Positions 1-8,885 of a DNA stretch of 11,566 nt are shown here, one piece after another. The first letter of the stretch is position 1; every line of letters begins with the position of its first letter. The notes beneath the pieces were generated by a model. That model was not told the DNA's origin, did not search any database, and was given only the letters and a program-made list of their open reading frames with translations. Source of the stretch: Candidatus Hermodarchaeum yapensis (lineage in GTDB: Archaea > Asgardarchaeota > Hermodarchaeia > Hermodarchaeales > Hermodarchaeaceae). The translations under genes were made by a program, and so were the position numbers. The stretch covers positions 1 to 11,566 of the forward strand of contig JAEOSK010000054.1 in the NCBI GenBank assembly GCA_016840405.1. Reading direction: 5' to 3'.

Positions 1-554
1 AGAGGACATTGGTCGCAGACGGTTTTGGGTTCGAGGCGGAATTCCTTGCCTTCGAGGAGACAGGTGACGAGTTCAGCGATGAGTTTGGGCGGTGGTGGGC
101 AGCCTGGAAGAACATAGTCAACTTTGACAAAATCGCTGATAGGGTGAACTTCTTCAAGAAGCGGAGGAACGACTTTGTGAGGAATCACACCTTTTGGGTT
201 GACCGTGCTTACTGTATCGATGTAGACTTCTTGTAAGAGTTCGTCCTTTGTGTGAAGGTTGGCGAGCCCGGGTATACCACCGAAGGCAGAGCAGGCTCCA
301 AAGGCGACAAGGATTGTTGAGCGCTCGCGCATTTTGTGGAGGAGTTCGACCTGTTCTTCATTGCGGACTCCTCCTGAGACGAAACCGACGGTGACGCCTT
401 CTTTGGGAGGTTCACGGAAGTCCATGAGGACTTGGATATATTTGAGGTCAATGGCGTCCAGTACACCTGGCAGAGCCTGGTGCAAGTCTAAGATGGCGAT
501 TTCACAGCCAGAGCAGATGCTGAGTGTCTCAACAGCGAGGGTTGGTTTGGTCAT
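1..554 (-). CDS. mvhG: F420-non-reducing [NiFe]-hydrogenase small subunit (MvhG/VhuG-like, group 3c), truncated by the window edge
   Basis: Not in the ORF track because it runs off the edge. Manual translation from ATG 554 gives MTKPTLAVETLSICSGCEIAILDL...VSGGVRNEEQVELLHKMRERSTILVAFGACSAFGGIPGLAN...VDYVLPGCPP...KTVCDQCP. This has the CxxC, GACxxxGGIPGL and PGCPP small-subunit motifs. A GGAGG lies upstream and the start is 1 nt after the mvhD stop. Confidence 0.93.
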   Translation of the reverse strand, partial: MTKPTLAVETLSICSGCEIAILDLHQALPGVLDAIDLKYIQVLMDFREPPKEGVTVGFVSGGVRNEEQVELLHKMRERSTILVAFGACSAFGGIPGLANLHTKDELLQEVYIDTVSTVNPKGVIPHKVVPPLLEEVHPISDFVKVDYVLPGCPPPPKLIAELVTCLLEGKEFRLEPKTVCDQCP

Positions 555-555
555 C

Positions 556-984
556 TTATTCAGGTCCTCCGTTTGCGAGCGGATTAGGTCCTAAAAGCTT
601 AATCTCATTTACGAATGCTTTCATGGTTTCTGCAAACTTTTGCCCTTCTGCAGCGGAAATCCATTCGAGGCGGAGTCTTTCGGGTTCGATTCCGATTTCT
701 TTAAGGTACTCTTTAAGAAGGGCGACTCGGCGAGAGGTTTGATAGTTCCCCGAGACGTAATGGCAGTCGCCAAAGTGGCAGCCAGCAATGAGAACGCCAT
801 CGGCGTTGAGTTTCAGGGCACGAAGAATGAAGTTGGGATCGACGCGTCCACTACAATTGACACGGATGACGCGCGCATTGGGCGGGTATTGGATGCGAGA
901 AGTGCCTGCCATGTCGGCACCAGCATAGCTACACCATCGGCAGGCGAAACAGACTATTTTTGGTTCCCAACTTTTGTTGGTCAT
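556..984 (-). CDS. mvhD: Hydrogenase/heterodisulfide reductase [2Fe-2S] adaptor subunit MvhD
   Basis: Contains [38 protein letters not shown] and [12 protein letters not shown] motifs. Start revised from 1074 to ATG 984, which is 2 nt after the hdrA stop with AGGAGG upstream. Confidence 0.95.
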   Translation of the reverse strand: MTNKSWEPKIVCFACRWCSYAGADMAGTSRIQYPPNARVIRVNCSGRVDPNFILRALKLNADGVLIAGCHFGDCHYVSGNYQTSRRVALLKEYLKEIGIEPERLRLEWISAAEGQKFAETMKAFVNEIKLLGPNPLANGGPE

Positions 985-986
985 GG

Positions 987-2957
987 TTATTCTGCCTCCT
1001 TGAAGAGTGCGTCGAGTTGGGCAATAATTTGGTCCATAGTGAAGTGTTGGGGTGCGATGGCCTCGTTGGGACAAGCGGCTGCACAGGTTCCGCAGCCCTT
1101 ACATTGGGCTTCAGTGACCTGAGCGATATTGTCTACTACTTTGACTGCTCCGTAGGGACAGGATGCTTCGCAGATACCGCATCCAGCACAAAGATCTTCG
1201 TTGACGACAGCCGTATAAGGTTGGACTTTCACACGACCAGCAGCCACCATGGAGAGGGCACTCGCTGCAGCACCTTTTGCTTGAGCTACTGAGTCAGGGA
1301 TATCTTTGGGTCCTTGTGCGGCACCCGCTATGAAGATGCCGTCAGTGTTGGTCTCAACCGGACGCAACTTGGGGTGCGCTTCTAAGAAGAAGCCGTCGGC
1401 GCTTAGTTGAATACCAAAAATTCGGGCAAGTTCTCCTTGGTCTTTTGCCGCTTCGATGCCACAGGAGAGGACGACAATATCGACTTCAGTTTCTACAGGC
1501 TGTGCTAAGAAGGTGTCTTCCCCTCGAACCACAATCCGGTCCGATTCAAAGGAACCTCTGATTTCGGAGATGCGACCGCGAACAAAGTTGACGCCGTATT
1601 CTCGGGCGGTGGTTTCATAGAATTCTTCATAGCCTTTTCCGAAGGCGCGCATATCGATGTAGAAGATGGTGACCTTTATGTCGGGGTATTTCTCACGGAT
1701 TTGTCGAGCCTGTTTTAGTGCGGCCATGCAACAGACTCGGGAGCAGTAACTGTTGTAGCGTTCATTCCGTGAGCCTACGCATTGGATGTAGGCGATATGT
1801 TTGGGCTTTTTCATGGTTGAAGGGCGGAGTATTTTGCCTTCGGTGGGTCCTGCTGCACTGAGCATGCGTTCCATTTCTAGATTGGTCATGACATCAGGGT
1901 ATTTGCCATAGCCATATTCGAGTTGCCTCAAGGCGTTGAAGAGTTTGAATCCTGTGGCGACAATGATTGCACCGATATCGAGTTCGAGGATTTCAGGTTT
2001 CATCTCGTAGTCAATGGCTTCTGCTTCACAGGCGTCTTTACATTTACCGCAGGCAATTGGGGTCATGCCTAGGCAATGTTCAGTATCTATTACGTGAGCA
2101 TTGGGTACTGCTTGGGCAAAGGGGATGTAGATGGCTTTACGCCAACCGAGTCCAGCATTAAATTCGTCAGGGACATTAACGGGGCAAACTTCCACACAGT
2201 CATCGCAGGCAGTGCATTTTTCTTCGATGACGTAGCGGGGTTTCCGTTCGACTTTAACCTTGAAGTTGCCGACATACCCCTCAACCTCTCGAACCTCGCT
2301 ATAGGTGAGAAGTTCGATGTTGGGATGCTGTCCTATAAGGCTCATCTTAGGTGTTAAGATACAGCTAGAGCAGTCTAACGTGGGGAAGGTCTTATCGAGT
2401 TGGGCCATATGTCCGCCGATGCTTGGTTCTTTTTCAACGAGGTACACTTTGAATCCAGCATCTGCGATATCGAGGGCAGCTTGGATGCCTGAGATACCCG
2501 CACCAACCACCAACACGTTAGCTTTGACATCGACTTCCTTTTCTTGGAGGGGTTCTAGTTCGGCTGCTCGCGCGACAGCCATCTTAACTAGATCTTTGGC
2601 TTTTTCGAGGGCAGCTTCTTCTTCGTGGGTATGCACCCATGAGCAGTGTTCTCTGATGTTGGACATGTCGAAGAAGAAGGGGTTAAGCCCTATGCTTCCG
2701 AGGACGCGGCGGAAAGTGGGTTCGTGGAGCGTTGGGCTGCACGCCGCGACAACAACACGGTTTAGATCTTTTTCTCGTGCACGTTCTCGGATGAGATCTT
2801 GCCCTGGATCAGAACACATGTATCGGTAGTCTTCAGCTACGACGACGTTGGGGAGTGTCGCTGCGTATTCGACGAGGGTAGGTATGTCGATTACGCCTGC
2901 GATGTTGGATCCGCAGTGGCAGATGAAGACGCCAATTTTAGGTTGTTCAGTGGACAT
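987..2957 (-). CDS. hdrA: Heterodisulfide reductase subunit A (electron-bifurcating FAD/Fe-S subunit), 656 aa
   Basis: Contains the N-terminal CHCGSNI...CS...ACSP...NIREHCSW, the FAD motif [21 protein letters not shown], an inserted ferredoxin ([12 protein letters not shown]), QCVGSR...[22 protein letters not shown] and a C-terminal 2x[4Fe-4S] domain. Confidence 0.97.
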   Translation of the reverse strand: MSTEQPKIGVFICHCGSNIAGVIDIPTLVEYAATLPNVVVAEDYRYMCSDPGQDLIRERAREKDLNRVVVAACSPTLHEPTFRRVLGSIGLNPFFFDMSNIREHCSWVHTHEEEAALEKAKDLVKMAVARAAELEPLQEKEVDVKANVLVVGAGISGIQAALDIADAGFKVYLVEKEPSIGGHMAQLDKTFPTLDCSSCILTPKMSLIGQHPNIELLTYSEVREVEGYVGNFKVKVERKPRYVIEEKCTACDDCVEVCPVNVPDEFNAGLGWRKAIYIPFAQAVPNAHVIDTEHCLGMTPIACGKCKDACEAEAIDYEMKPEILELDIGAIIVATGFKLFNALRQLEYGYGKYPDVMTNLEMERMLSAAGPTEGKILRPSTMKKPKHIAYIQCVGSRNERYNSYCSRVCCMAALKQARQIREKYPDIKVTIFYIDMRAFGKGYEEFYETTAREYGVNFVRGRISEIRGSFESDRIVVRGEDTFLAQPVETEVDIVVLSCGIEAAKDQGELARIFGIQLSADGFFLEAHPKLRPVETNTDGIFIAGAAQGPKDIPDSVAQAKGAAASALSMVAAGRVKVQPYTAVVNEDLCAGCGICEASCPYGAVKVVDNIAQVTEAQCKGCGTCAAACPNEAIAPQHFTMDQIIAQLDALFKEAE

Positions 2958-2964
2958 CGGTTTT

Positions 2965-3528
2965 TCACTTTGTTTTAGATGATTGTTCCAATGCTTCCTG
3001 TCCGAGTTTCATACCCTCGTCGAAAGCACGGAGGTTGAGTTCCCGGTATCGGGGGAATGCATTTGCAATGGCTTTCTGCATTGCCTCGGGGGTGACTATT
3101 TTGGTTATCGCCGTGAAAGCACCTAACATCACGACGTTTGTTACGAGGGGATTTTTCAGCACATTGTGTGCTGTTGTTGCAGCAGTCACTTGGTACACCT
3201 GTACACCGGGTTTAATTTTTCCCGCTTTTACAAGGTCTGAATCGATAATCGCAATGGCTCCCTCACCCAAATCGTTCTTGTATTTGTGGAATGCATCATT
3301 CGATAATGCTACCATTATATGGGGTGTTAGCACAAGTGGATAATCGACTGGCGTATCTGAAATTATGACTTCGGCTTTGCACGCGCTTCCTCGGGATTCG
3401 GGACCATATGAAGCCGTTTGTACAGCTTCTTTGCCATCATGAATGGAGGCGGCTTCACCGATGATGACTGCAGATTTTATAATGCCCTGTCCGCCTAAAC
3501 CACCGAGTCGAATTTCTGTACGGGTCAT
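2965..3528 (-). CDS. korC: 2-oxoacid:ferredoxin oxidoreductase gamma subunit (KorC-like)
   Basis: Contains EIRLGGLGGQGI, SYGPESRGSACKAEVIISD, NVVMLGA and NLRAFDEG motifs. Confidence 0.92.
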   Translation of the reverse strand: MTRTEIRLGGLGGQGIIKSAVIIGEAASIHDGKEAVQTASYGPESRGSACKAEVIISDTPVDYPLVLTPHIMVALSNDAFHKYKNDLGEGAIAIIDSDLVKAGKIKPGVQVYQVTAATTAHNVLKNPLVTNVVMLGAFTAITKIVTPEAMQKAIANAFPRYRELNLRAFDEGMKLGQEALEQSSKTK

Positions 3529-3534
3529 TGTCGC

Positions 3535-4386
3535 TTAATCACCTTTCTGGAGTTTTTTTCCATGTTCTTCGAGAAGATCTGAAAATTCAGGCTTTTCGGA
3601 GTCGACGAACTCGCCACAGACAATGCGGGTTCGATAGTCGATTTCTGCTTGCATAGGGTCGGAGAAGTTACGGATGACAGAGATTTCTCGATATTTTTTC
3701 ATTACTTCAAGACCGGTGCCGTGGCGGTTGTATCGATCGTATAAGGTGGGACAGGGAGAAACAACCTCAATGAATGTGAAACCTTTCTTTTGGAGGGCTT
3801 TTTCAATAGATTTTGTGAGTCGGCGGGCATGGAGGGCTGTCCATCGAGCGACAAAGACAGCTCCAGAAGCGGCCGCTACACTAACTAGGTTAAAGGGGTG
3901 CTCAATATTGCCATCAGGCGATGTGACTGTTATCGCAGAGACGGGAGTTGTAGGTCCCATCTGTCCGCCGGTCATGCCATAGTTGAAGTTGTTGACACAG
4001 AGGACGAGCATATCGACGTTGCGACGGGCTGCATGAATGAAGTGGTTTCCACCAATGGCGAACAAGTCACCATCGCCACTAATAACGACGGGTTTCAGTT
4101 TGGGATTCGCGACTTTGACACCAGTAGCGAAGGCAATTGCGCGTCCATGTGTTGTATGGTAGCTATCGGCTGCAAAGTACCCGCTTGCTCGTCCGGTGCA
4201 GCCAATCCCGCTAATGATTACCATGTTGTCCATATCATAATTTAGACTGCGGAGTGCGGTGGCAAATGATTGGAGAACCGTGCCAATACCACATGCACTA
4301 CAAAAGATGTGTGGGAGTCGATCACGACGAATATATTCAAGGATTGGATGTTCCTCAATTGTTGAGATTCGTGAAGTTTCGGTCAC
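3535..4386 (-). CDS. korB: 2-oxoacid:ferredoxin oxidoreductase beta (TPP-binding) subunit (KorB-like)
   Basis: Contains FCSACG, SGIGC, HTTHGRA, the TPP motif GDGD...NNFNYGMTGGQ and SPCP. Its GTG start overlaps the korA stop (GTGA). Confidence 0.94.
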   Translation of the reverse strand: MTETSRISTIEEHPILEYIRRDRLPHIFCSACGIGTVLQSFATALRSLNYDMDNMVIISGIGCTGRASGYFAADSYHTTHGRAIAFATGVKVANPKLKPVVISGDGDLFAIGGNHFIHAARRNVDMLVLCVNNFNYGMTGGQMGPTTPVSAITVTSPDGNIEHPFNLVSVAAASGAVFVARWTALHARRLTKSIEKALQKKGFTFIEVVSPCPTLYDRYNRHGTGLEVMKKYREISVIRNFSDPMQAEIDYRTRIVCGEFVDSEKPEFSDLLEEHGKKLQKGD

Positions 4387-5534
4387 TTAATTCGCCTCCG
4401 AATTTCTTTCATGAGTTCATCCGGCGTGTGGGGAGTTCCACACACACGAGGGATGAAGTGGACAGGGACTTCGTTTCGGATGATCCGTTCTACTTCACCT
4501 ACCAATTGACCATAGTTAAGCTCAGCAACAATCACCTGCTGAGCGTTGGCGGCGGCATCTTTCAATTGGTCTTTGGGGAATGGCCATACGCTGATAGGAC
4601 GGAATAATCCGATTTTCATCCCTTCAGCCCGAGCATCTTTGACAGCGCGCATTGCTGTTCGTGCCTCTCCACCATAAGCGACAAGTAGGATTTCAGCATC
4701 TTCGGTTTCGGTACTTTCGGCTTGTGTTATTTTGTCAGCGTTCTTTCGGATTTTGTCGCAGAGTCGTGGAACGAGTGCTAATTGGGCTTCATCTGTCATG
4801 ACAGGGTAGCCCTTTTGGTCATGAGTTAAGCCCGTGGCATAGAAATGATAACCTTCTCCAAATGTGGCCATTGGAGGTACAAGGTCGGTTTCGGGTTTGA
4901 ATGGGAGGTATTCTTCAGGTGGGACTGTAGGTTTTTTGCGATTGATTATTTCAAGTTCGTCCTCTGGAGGAATGATGAGGCGTTCTCGCATGTGTCCTAT
5001 GATTTCATCAGCAAGTACAAAAGTGGGAACCCGGTACTGCTCCGAGAGGTTGAAGGCTCTGATGGTGAGATCAAACATTTCTTGGACAGATGAGGGGATT
5101 AGGGCGATGATTTCGTAGTCACCATGACTTCCCCACTTGGCTTGCATAATATCACTTTGACTGGCTTCAGTGGGTTGCCCGGTTGAGGGACCACCACGCA
5201 TGACGTTTACGAGGACCATGGGGGCTTCGGTCATAGCAGCTAGCCCGATGGTTTCGTTCATTAAGCTAACACCAGGACCGGAGGTTGCAGTCATTGCTTT
5301 GAGACCGGAATAGGATGCGCCAACGACTGCGGTGCAGGATGCGATTTCGTCCTCCATTTGGATGTATCGACCTCCAATGCGGGGAAGTCGATATGCCATC
5401 CGTTCAGCAATTTCGGTGGCTGGAGTGATGGGGTACCCGGCGAAGAAGCGACAACCTGCTGCAAGCGCGCCTTCTGCTGCGGCAATGTCGCCTTGAGTGA
5501 ACATTTCCCCTGTAAGAATCGGCTTTTCCATCAC
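4383..5534 (-). CDS. korA: 2-oxoacid:ferredoxin oxidoreductase alpha subunit (KorA-like)
   Basis: Contains FFAGYPITPATE, QMEDEIAS, TATSGPG, RGGPSTGQPT, WGSHGDY and ELNYGQ motifs. Confidence 0.95.
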   Translation of the reverse strand: MMEKPILTGEMFTQGDIAAAEGALAAGCRFFAGYPITPATEIAERMAYRLPRIGGRYIQMEDEIASCTAVVGASYSGLKAMTATSGPGVSLMNETIGLAAMTEAPMVLVNVMRGGPSTGQPTEASQSDIMQAKWGSHGDYEIIALIPSSVQEMFDLTIRAFNLSEQYRVPTFVLADEIIGHMRERLIIPPEDELEIINRKKPTVPPEEYLPFKPETDLVPPMATFGEGYHFYATGLTHDQKGYPVMTDEAQLALVPRLCDKIRKNADKITQAESTETEDAEILLVAYGGEARTAMRAVKDARAEGMKIGLFRPISVWPFPKDQLKDAAANAQQVIVAELNYGQLVGEVERIIRNEVPVHFIPRVCGTPHTPDELMKEIRRRIK

Positions 5535-5815
5535 TTCTCACCCTTTTTTGACTTGGCGTTTTCTTCTACGTGGATGGCAAAGTCAGGACAAATGGCTTCA
5601 CAGAGCTTACACCCAACACATCGATCAATATTAGTTGCGACAGGAGGATAGTAGCCTTTGGTGTTGAATTTATCGGATTTTTCTAACACTTCGCGTGGGC
5701 AGAAGGTGTAGCAGAAGCCACAGCCTTTGCACCAGTCCTCGTTGACGACTATGCGCCACTTCATTTCGGATTCTTCTTCTGGTAGAATGGGTACTCGTTC
5801 CTGTCGCGTCAACAT
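5531..5815 (-). CDS. korD: 2-oxoacid:ferredoxin oxidoreductase delta subunit (2x[4Fe-4S] ferredoxin, KorD-like)
   Basis: Contains CKGCGFCYTFCP and CVGCKLCEAICPDFAI. The start overlaps the hdrB stop (TAATG). An alternative ATG lies at 5764. Confidence 0.9.
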   Translation of the reverse strand: MLTRQERVPILPEEESEMKWRIVVNEDWCKGCGFCYTFCPREVLEKSDKFNTKGYYPPVATNIDRCVGCKLCEAICPDFAIHVEENAKSKKGEK

Positions 5816-6708
5816 TACACGCTCATCCCAATTTTTTCCAAGAAGGGTTTCGTGGATATGTAGTGTTTATCTAACCCCATTTGTTTCGGAGTAAAGCCTT
5901 GGGCTAGCCCGAGGAGCTGAGTGTAATACAGAACGGGAACTTGATAGTCAGTTCCATATTGGTTGTTCAATTGCATCTGACCGACGTCAAATTGTAGATG
6001 GCAGAAATTGCACACATTGACTAAGGCGTCAACTTTGGCCCGTTGCATGGCTTCTATCTTTTCTCTGACCATATCATTGGAAACTTCCAGTTCAGCGGAT
6101 CGTAAACCACCACCAGCTCCACAACACATATCCTTGAGTTTGTAATCGACGGTTGTTCCACCAACGAGCTCAACTAGTTCGTCGACAAGCATGAAGTCTT
6201 CAACAAAGCCCCAAGGACGTATATCGGCTGGTTTGAGTAGATGACACCCGACGTGAATCGCAAAACGGGCATCAATTGGATTCACAACAGTTTCTTCGAT
6301 GGCTTCCTTCCCCACATCCATATAGAGCACTTCAACAAGATGCTTGGCAGTGATTGTTCCCTTAACTTGATGCCCAGTTCCTTTCAATATCTTGTTTACG
6401 CGTTTTCGTGTGTCAGGGTCTTTTAGTCCAGCAACGCCGGCAATTAACGTTCCATAACAACCGTTACATAGGACTAGAATGTCCAGCCCATTTTCTTCTG
6501 ATAAAGCAATATTCCGGGCAGTTAGTGCAAGCCATGTATCAATATCGAAAGATTTGATGACACCTGGCGCAGGGCAACATGAGGCTCCTTTCATCTCAAC
6601 AAGTTCGATGTCGAGTTTTGGAACCACGAGGCGTGTTGCTGCTTCAATTTGTGGAAGTCGATTAGGAATCACACAGCCAAGGAAGAAGCTGTACCTATGT
6701 TTTACCAT
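5815..6708 (-). CDS. hdrB: Heterodisulfide reductase subunit B (two CCG domains)
   Basis: Contains FFLGC...SCCPAPG...CNGC and HVGCH...CCGAGGG...CNFCHLQFD, so both Cys sets for the non-cubane clusters are intact. Start revised to ATG 6708 (GGAGG upstream). Confidence 0.95.
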   Translation of the reverse strand: MVKHRYSFFLGCVIPNRLPQIEAATRLVVPKLDIELVEMKGASCCPAPGVIKSFDIDTWLALTARNIALSEENGLDILVLCNGCYGTLIAGVAGLKDPDTRKRVNKILKGTGHQVKGTITAKHLVEVLYMDVGKEAIEETVVNPIDARFAIHVGCHLLKPADIRPWGFVEDFMLVDELVELVGGTTVDYKLKDMCCGAGGGLRSAELEVSNDMVREKIEAMQRAKVDALVNVCNFCHLQFDVGQMQLNNQYGTDYQVPVLYYTQLLGLAQGFTPKQMGLDKHYISTKPFLEKIGMSV

Positions 6709-7246
6709 CTTCTTTGCCCTCCTTGTAGTTGACGAGTTTATCAAATCCGGTTTTCTTGATGATATGTTGGACTTCTTTCACAGCCTTGGGATAGGAATGT
6801 ACGGTAGGAGGTAAGGGTGGAAGACCCAAGTCCTCACGCATCTTCTTCCATTTATCATCATCAATCGGAACCGCGTGTCCTGTTTCGATTAGTTTGTAAG
6901 ACACGCCTTTGTGTTGCGGTCGCATATAACCCGCCTCACAGGAAAGATTTCGTAAAAAGAGAATCGCTTCGGTGACATCAATTTTCCGAGGACACCGCTC
7001 CGTACAGGTTCCACATGTAGTACAAAGCCATAAATTTGGATCAGATAGTACTTCCTCTCGGAACCCAAGGAGCGCCTTCCGTATCAGTTGGCGCGTTCGC
7101 AAAGCAGTACGGCGTCCTGAAGGACAGGAACCTGTGCACGTTCCACATTGGATGCAGGAGCGAATACGATCCAGACCAGCTTTTTCCATTTCATCTGCTA
7201 GCTCAGGGTCGATTTTTGACCCATCAATTATCCGTCGATCTATCAT
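6695..7246 (-). CDS. hdrC: Heterodisulfide reductase subunit C
   Basis: Contains CIQCGTCTGSCPSGRRT, LWLCTTCGTCTERCPR and GHAVPI...LGLPPLPPTVH. A GGGGGTGA RBS lies at 7251-7258. Confidence 0.95.
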   Translation of the reverse strand: MIDRRIIDGSKIDPELADEMEKAGLDRIRSCIQCGTCTGSCPSGRRTALRTRQLIRKALLGFREEVLSDPNLWLCTTCGTCTERCPRKIDVTEAILFLRNLSCEAGYMRPQHKGVSYKLIETGHAVPIDDDKWKKMREDLGLPPLPPTVHSYPKAVKEVQHIIKKTGFDKLVNYKEGKEDGKT

Positions 7247-7292
7247 GAAGTCACCCCCGAGGATTTGGCGCCAAGCCTTTACGTTTGTAAAG

Positions 7293-7310
7293 GTATAAAG
7301 ATTTGCCTTT
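7293..7310 (-). promoter_or_regulatory. Putative BRE/TATA promoter of the hdr-kor-mvh operon
   Basis: The minus strand reads AAAGGCAAAT-CTTTATAC, an A-rich BRE-like segment followed by TTTATA, about 47 nt upstream of the hdrC ATG. Confidence 0.55.
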
Positions 7311-7347
7311 GACAGCCTTCATTTGGACGCTCTTTGCGAGCAGCAGG

Positions 7348-7356
7348 CTTATATTT
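7348..7356 (+). promoter_or_regulatory. Putative TATA box for the divergent 7-TM gene
   Basis: CTTATATTT lies about 50 nt upstream of ATG 7403. Confidence 0.4.
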
Positions 7357-7402
7357 CAAGAGGCAAAGAATCTTCTAGACAATACGTACGTGGGGACTGT
7401 TT

Positions 7403-8089
7403 ATGGCTTACGGAGTTTTCAATGCAATTGAAACGGTAATTATCGGTGGTTGGTTTGTTATCATCGGTTACTTCCTACTGCTGTTTGTCTATTTCCTACT
7501 TTTCCGGTTCAGAGAATCAAAGAATCCGTTTCATCTCGGGTTTGGACTATTCTTCCTCCTCTTGGGTGTTGCTCGGGTTTTTTACCTGATTTGGGATTAT
7601 TACCAACAGGATGTAATTTGGTGGATGTCAGCCACCGTTGTCTCGTGGTTAGCAATCTTCACCATTTTCCTTGCCCTAACCTTTCAGATTCTTGAAAGGC
7701 AATTCTGGCAAGTTATCCTCATTTCTTCTCCACCCCTCATCGTAGCGATTTTAACCCTCATTTTCCCCTACCTCTTCTGGTCACCTCAAATTGCCGGTGA
7801 TATTACTATTGGGTATGCTATCGCAAACTATGTGATTCTTCCTCTCTACGTGATCGTTTTACCTGCCCTCTTCTTCTATATTGGCTTACAGTTAACGGGT
7901 CAGTTACGTAGGAGTAACTTCCTGCTGGGCACTGGGTTCCTAATCTATTATGGGGGTCGTGTCATTCAACCGTTTTCATGGTTCTTGGACTCAATTTACC
8001 CATTTCTAGCCAACATTCTTGCGCCAATCCTTGTATTTATCGCCCTCATGCTCATCGCTCTGGGAGTATTACTTGAAGAGCGCGAATAA
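7403..8089 (+). CDS. Hypothetical integral membrane protein with about 7 TM helices and no soluble output domain
   Basis: 228-aa ORF with seven hydrophobic ~20-25 aa segments separated by short charged loops. GGGGA lies upstream of the ATG. Confidence 0.85.
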   Translation: MAYGVFNAIETVIIGGWFVIIGYFLLLFVYFLLFRFRESKNPFHLGFGLFFLLLGVARVFYLIWDYYQQDVIWWMSATVVSWLAIFTIFLALTFQILERQFWQVILISSPPLIVAILTLIFPYLFWSPQIAGDITIGYAIANYVILPLYVIVLPALFFYIGLQLTGQLRRSNFLLGTGFLIYYGGRVIQPFSWFLDSIYPFLANILAPILVFIALMLIALGVLLEERE

Positions 8090-8114
8090 CCCAGGCACCT
8101 GTACAAGAACGAAG

Positions 8115-8708
8115 TTACTTGATTAGATCGAGTTTGACAAGTTTATACAAGAGCACATCTACATCGTCTTGAGGGAGTCCGACAATTTGGGCAATTTCTC
8201 GGGGTGAATGTTTGCCATCACATTGTTTGGCAACGTTGTATTCCTGTTCGCTTATTTGCCCTAGTTTCACCATTAATCGTGGAAGCCCTCGTTTGAGTTT
8301 CGGAGCGGGTACGTCGTTTTTACCTATGAATCCATTATTGAGCAATTGATTGAGTTCAGGTGTGAAGGAGAAAAAGACCAACTTTCCATCCCATGTTTTG
8401 AGGGTTTCTTCATATTGGTCTGAAAATCGGTCGATTACTTTATCAAGCGCTTGGAGGACTTGGAGTCGATTGTCGTCCCTATCAACTACTGCAGCTACGA
8501 CAATGTAATCGCCAGCAGCGTAGGTGATGTAAAACTCACCCATCTCCACGATTCGGGCTTCCCCTTTTCCTTTGGATACCATGCGGGCGAATTCCCGGAT
8601 GGCAGAAAAGAAGCCTGCAACCAACGTGGAGTCGAGTTCTAGCTCTCCGAATTTTTGGTCTAGAAGACAGACCCCGCTTGGGTGCATAAGATAGACCACA
8701 TGTAGCAT
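8115..8708 (-). CDS. Longin-like domain protein with C-terminal winged helix (NPRL2-like architecture)
   Basis: The N-terminal ~125 aa follow the pattern of Asgard longin domains (VYLMHPSGVCLL...DSTLVAGFFSAIREFA...RFSDQY...WDG...F). The C-terminus CDGKHSPREIAQIVGLPQDDVDVLLYKLVKLDLI is wHTH-like. Domain calls are from pattern recognition only. Confidence 0.75.
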   Translation of the reverse strand: MLHVVYLMHPSGVCLLDQKFGELELDSTLVAGFFSAIREFARMVSKGKGEARIVEMGEFYITYAAGDYIVVAAVVDRDDNRLQVLQALDKVIDRFSDQYEETLKTWDGKLVFFSFTPELNQLLNNGFIGKNDVPAPKLKRGLPRLMVKLGQISEQEYNVAKQCDGKHSPREIAQIVGLPQDDVDVLLYKLVKLDLIK

Positions 8709-8762
8709 ATTTGGCGCCCCGTGGGATGGAAACCTGTATCATTGGCTAGGGAAAGCGTAGTC

Positions 8763-8767
8763 AAAAA
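8763..8767 (-). terminator. Possible oligo-T terminator downstream of the tRNA
   Basis: A TTTTT run on the minus strand lies 16 nt after the encoded CCA. Confidence 0.3.
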
Positions 8768-8800
8768 GGTAACGATGGGATAGTGGTGCGGGGGGAGGGA

Positions 8801-8826
8801 ATTTCGGAGCTCGCAGAACATGCTCT
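8801..8826 (-). other. tRNA intron at position 59/60 (26 nt)
   Basis: Perfect BHB: central helix TTCG/CGAA, bulges AA^A and AT^T, intron stem GAGC/GCTC, outer helix formed by the T-stem. Confidence 0.9.
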
Positions 8827-8857
8827 TTCGAACCCTCGAACCGCTGCCGGACAGGAT

Positions 8858-8878
8858 GTCTCCTAAGCATGGTTAGAT
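8858..8878 (-). other. tRNA intron at canonical position 37/38 (21 nt; register ambiguous by up to 2 nt)
   Basis: Relaxed BHB with CTC/GAG helix, 3' bulge AC^A and intron hairpin CTAA/TTAG. Removing it restores a 7-nt anticodon loop. Confidence 0.8.
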
Positions 8879-8885
8879 CTTGAGT

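Noticed and set aside
985-1074. Longer N-termini in the ORF track for mvhD (1074), hdrB (6744) and gcvH (9284)
   Set aside because: They overlap upstream genes or promoters. The downstream ATGs have RBSs and match where the families normally start.
556-2957. Selenoprotein versions of HdrA/MvhD (known in Methanococcales and some Asgards)
   Set aside because: Both ORFs are uninterrupted with Cys at the relevant motifs (DCSSCI, CRWC, GDCHY) and have no in-frame TGA.
9-7695. Numerous short plus-strand and alternative-frame ORFs overlapping the operon and the 7-TM gene
   Set aside because: They are antisense or frame shadows of well-supported genes and carry no recognisable motifs.
7403-8089. 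Rhodopsin (schizorhodopsin or heliorhodopsin)
   Set aside because: There is no retinal-binding Lys in helix 7 and no rhodopsin helix-3 motif.
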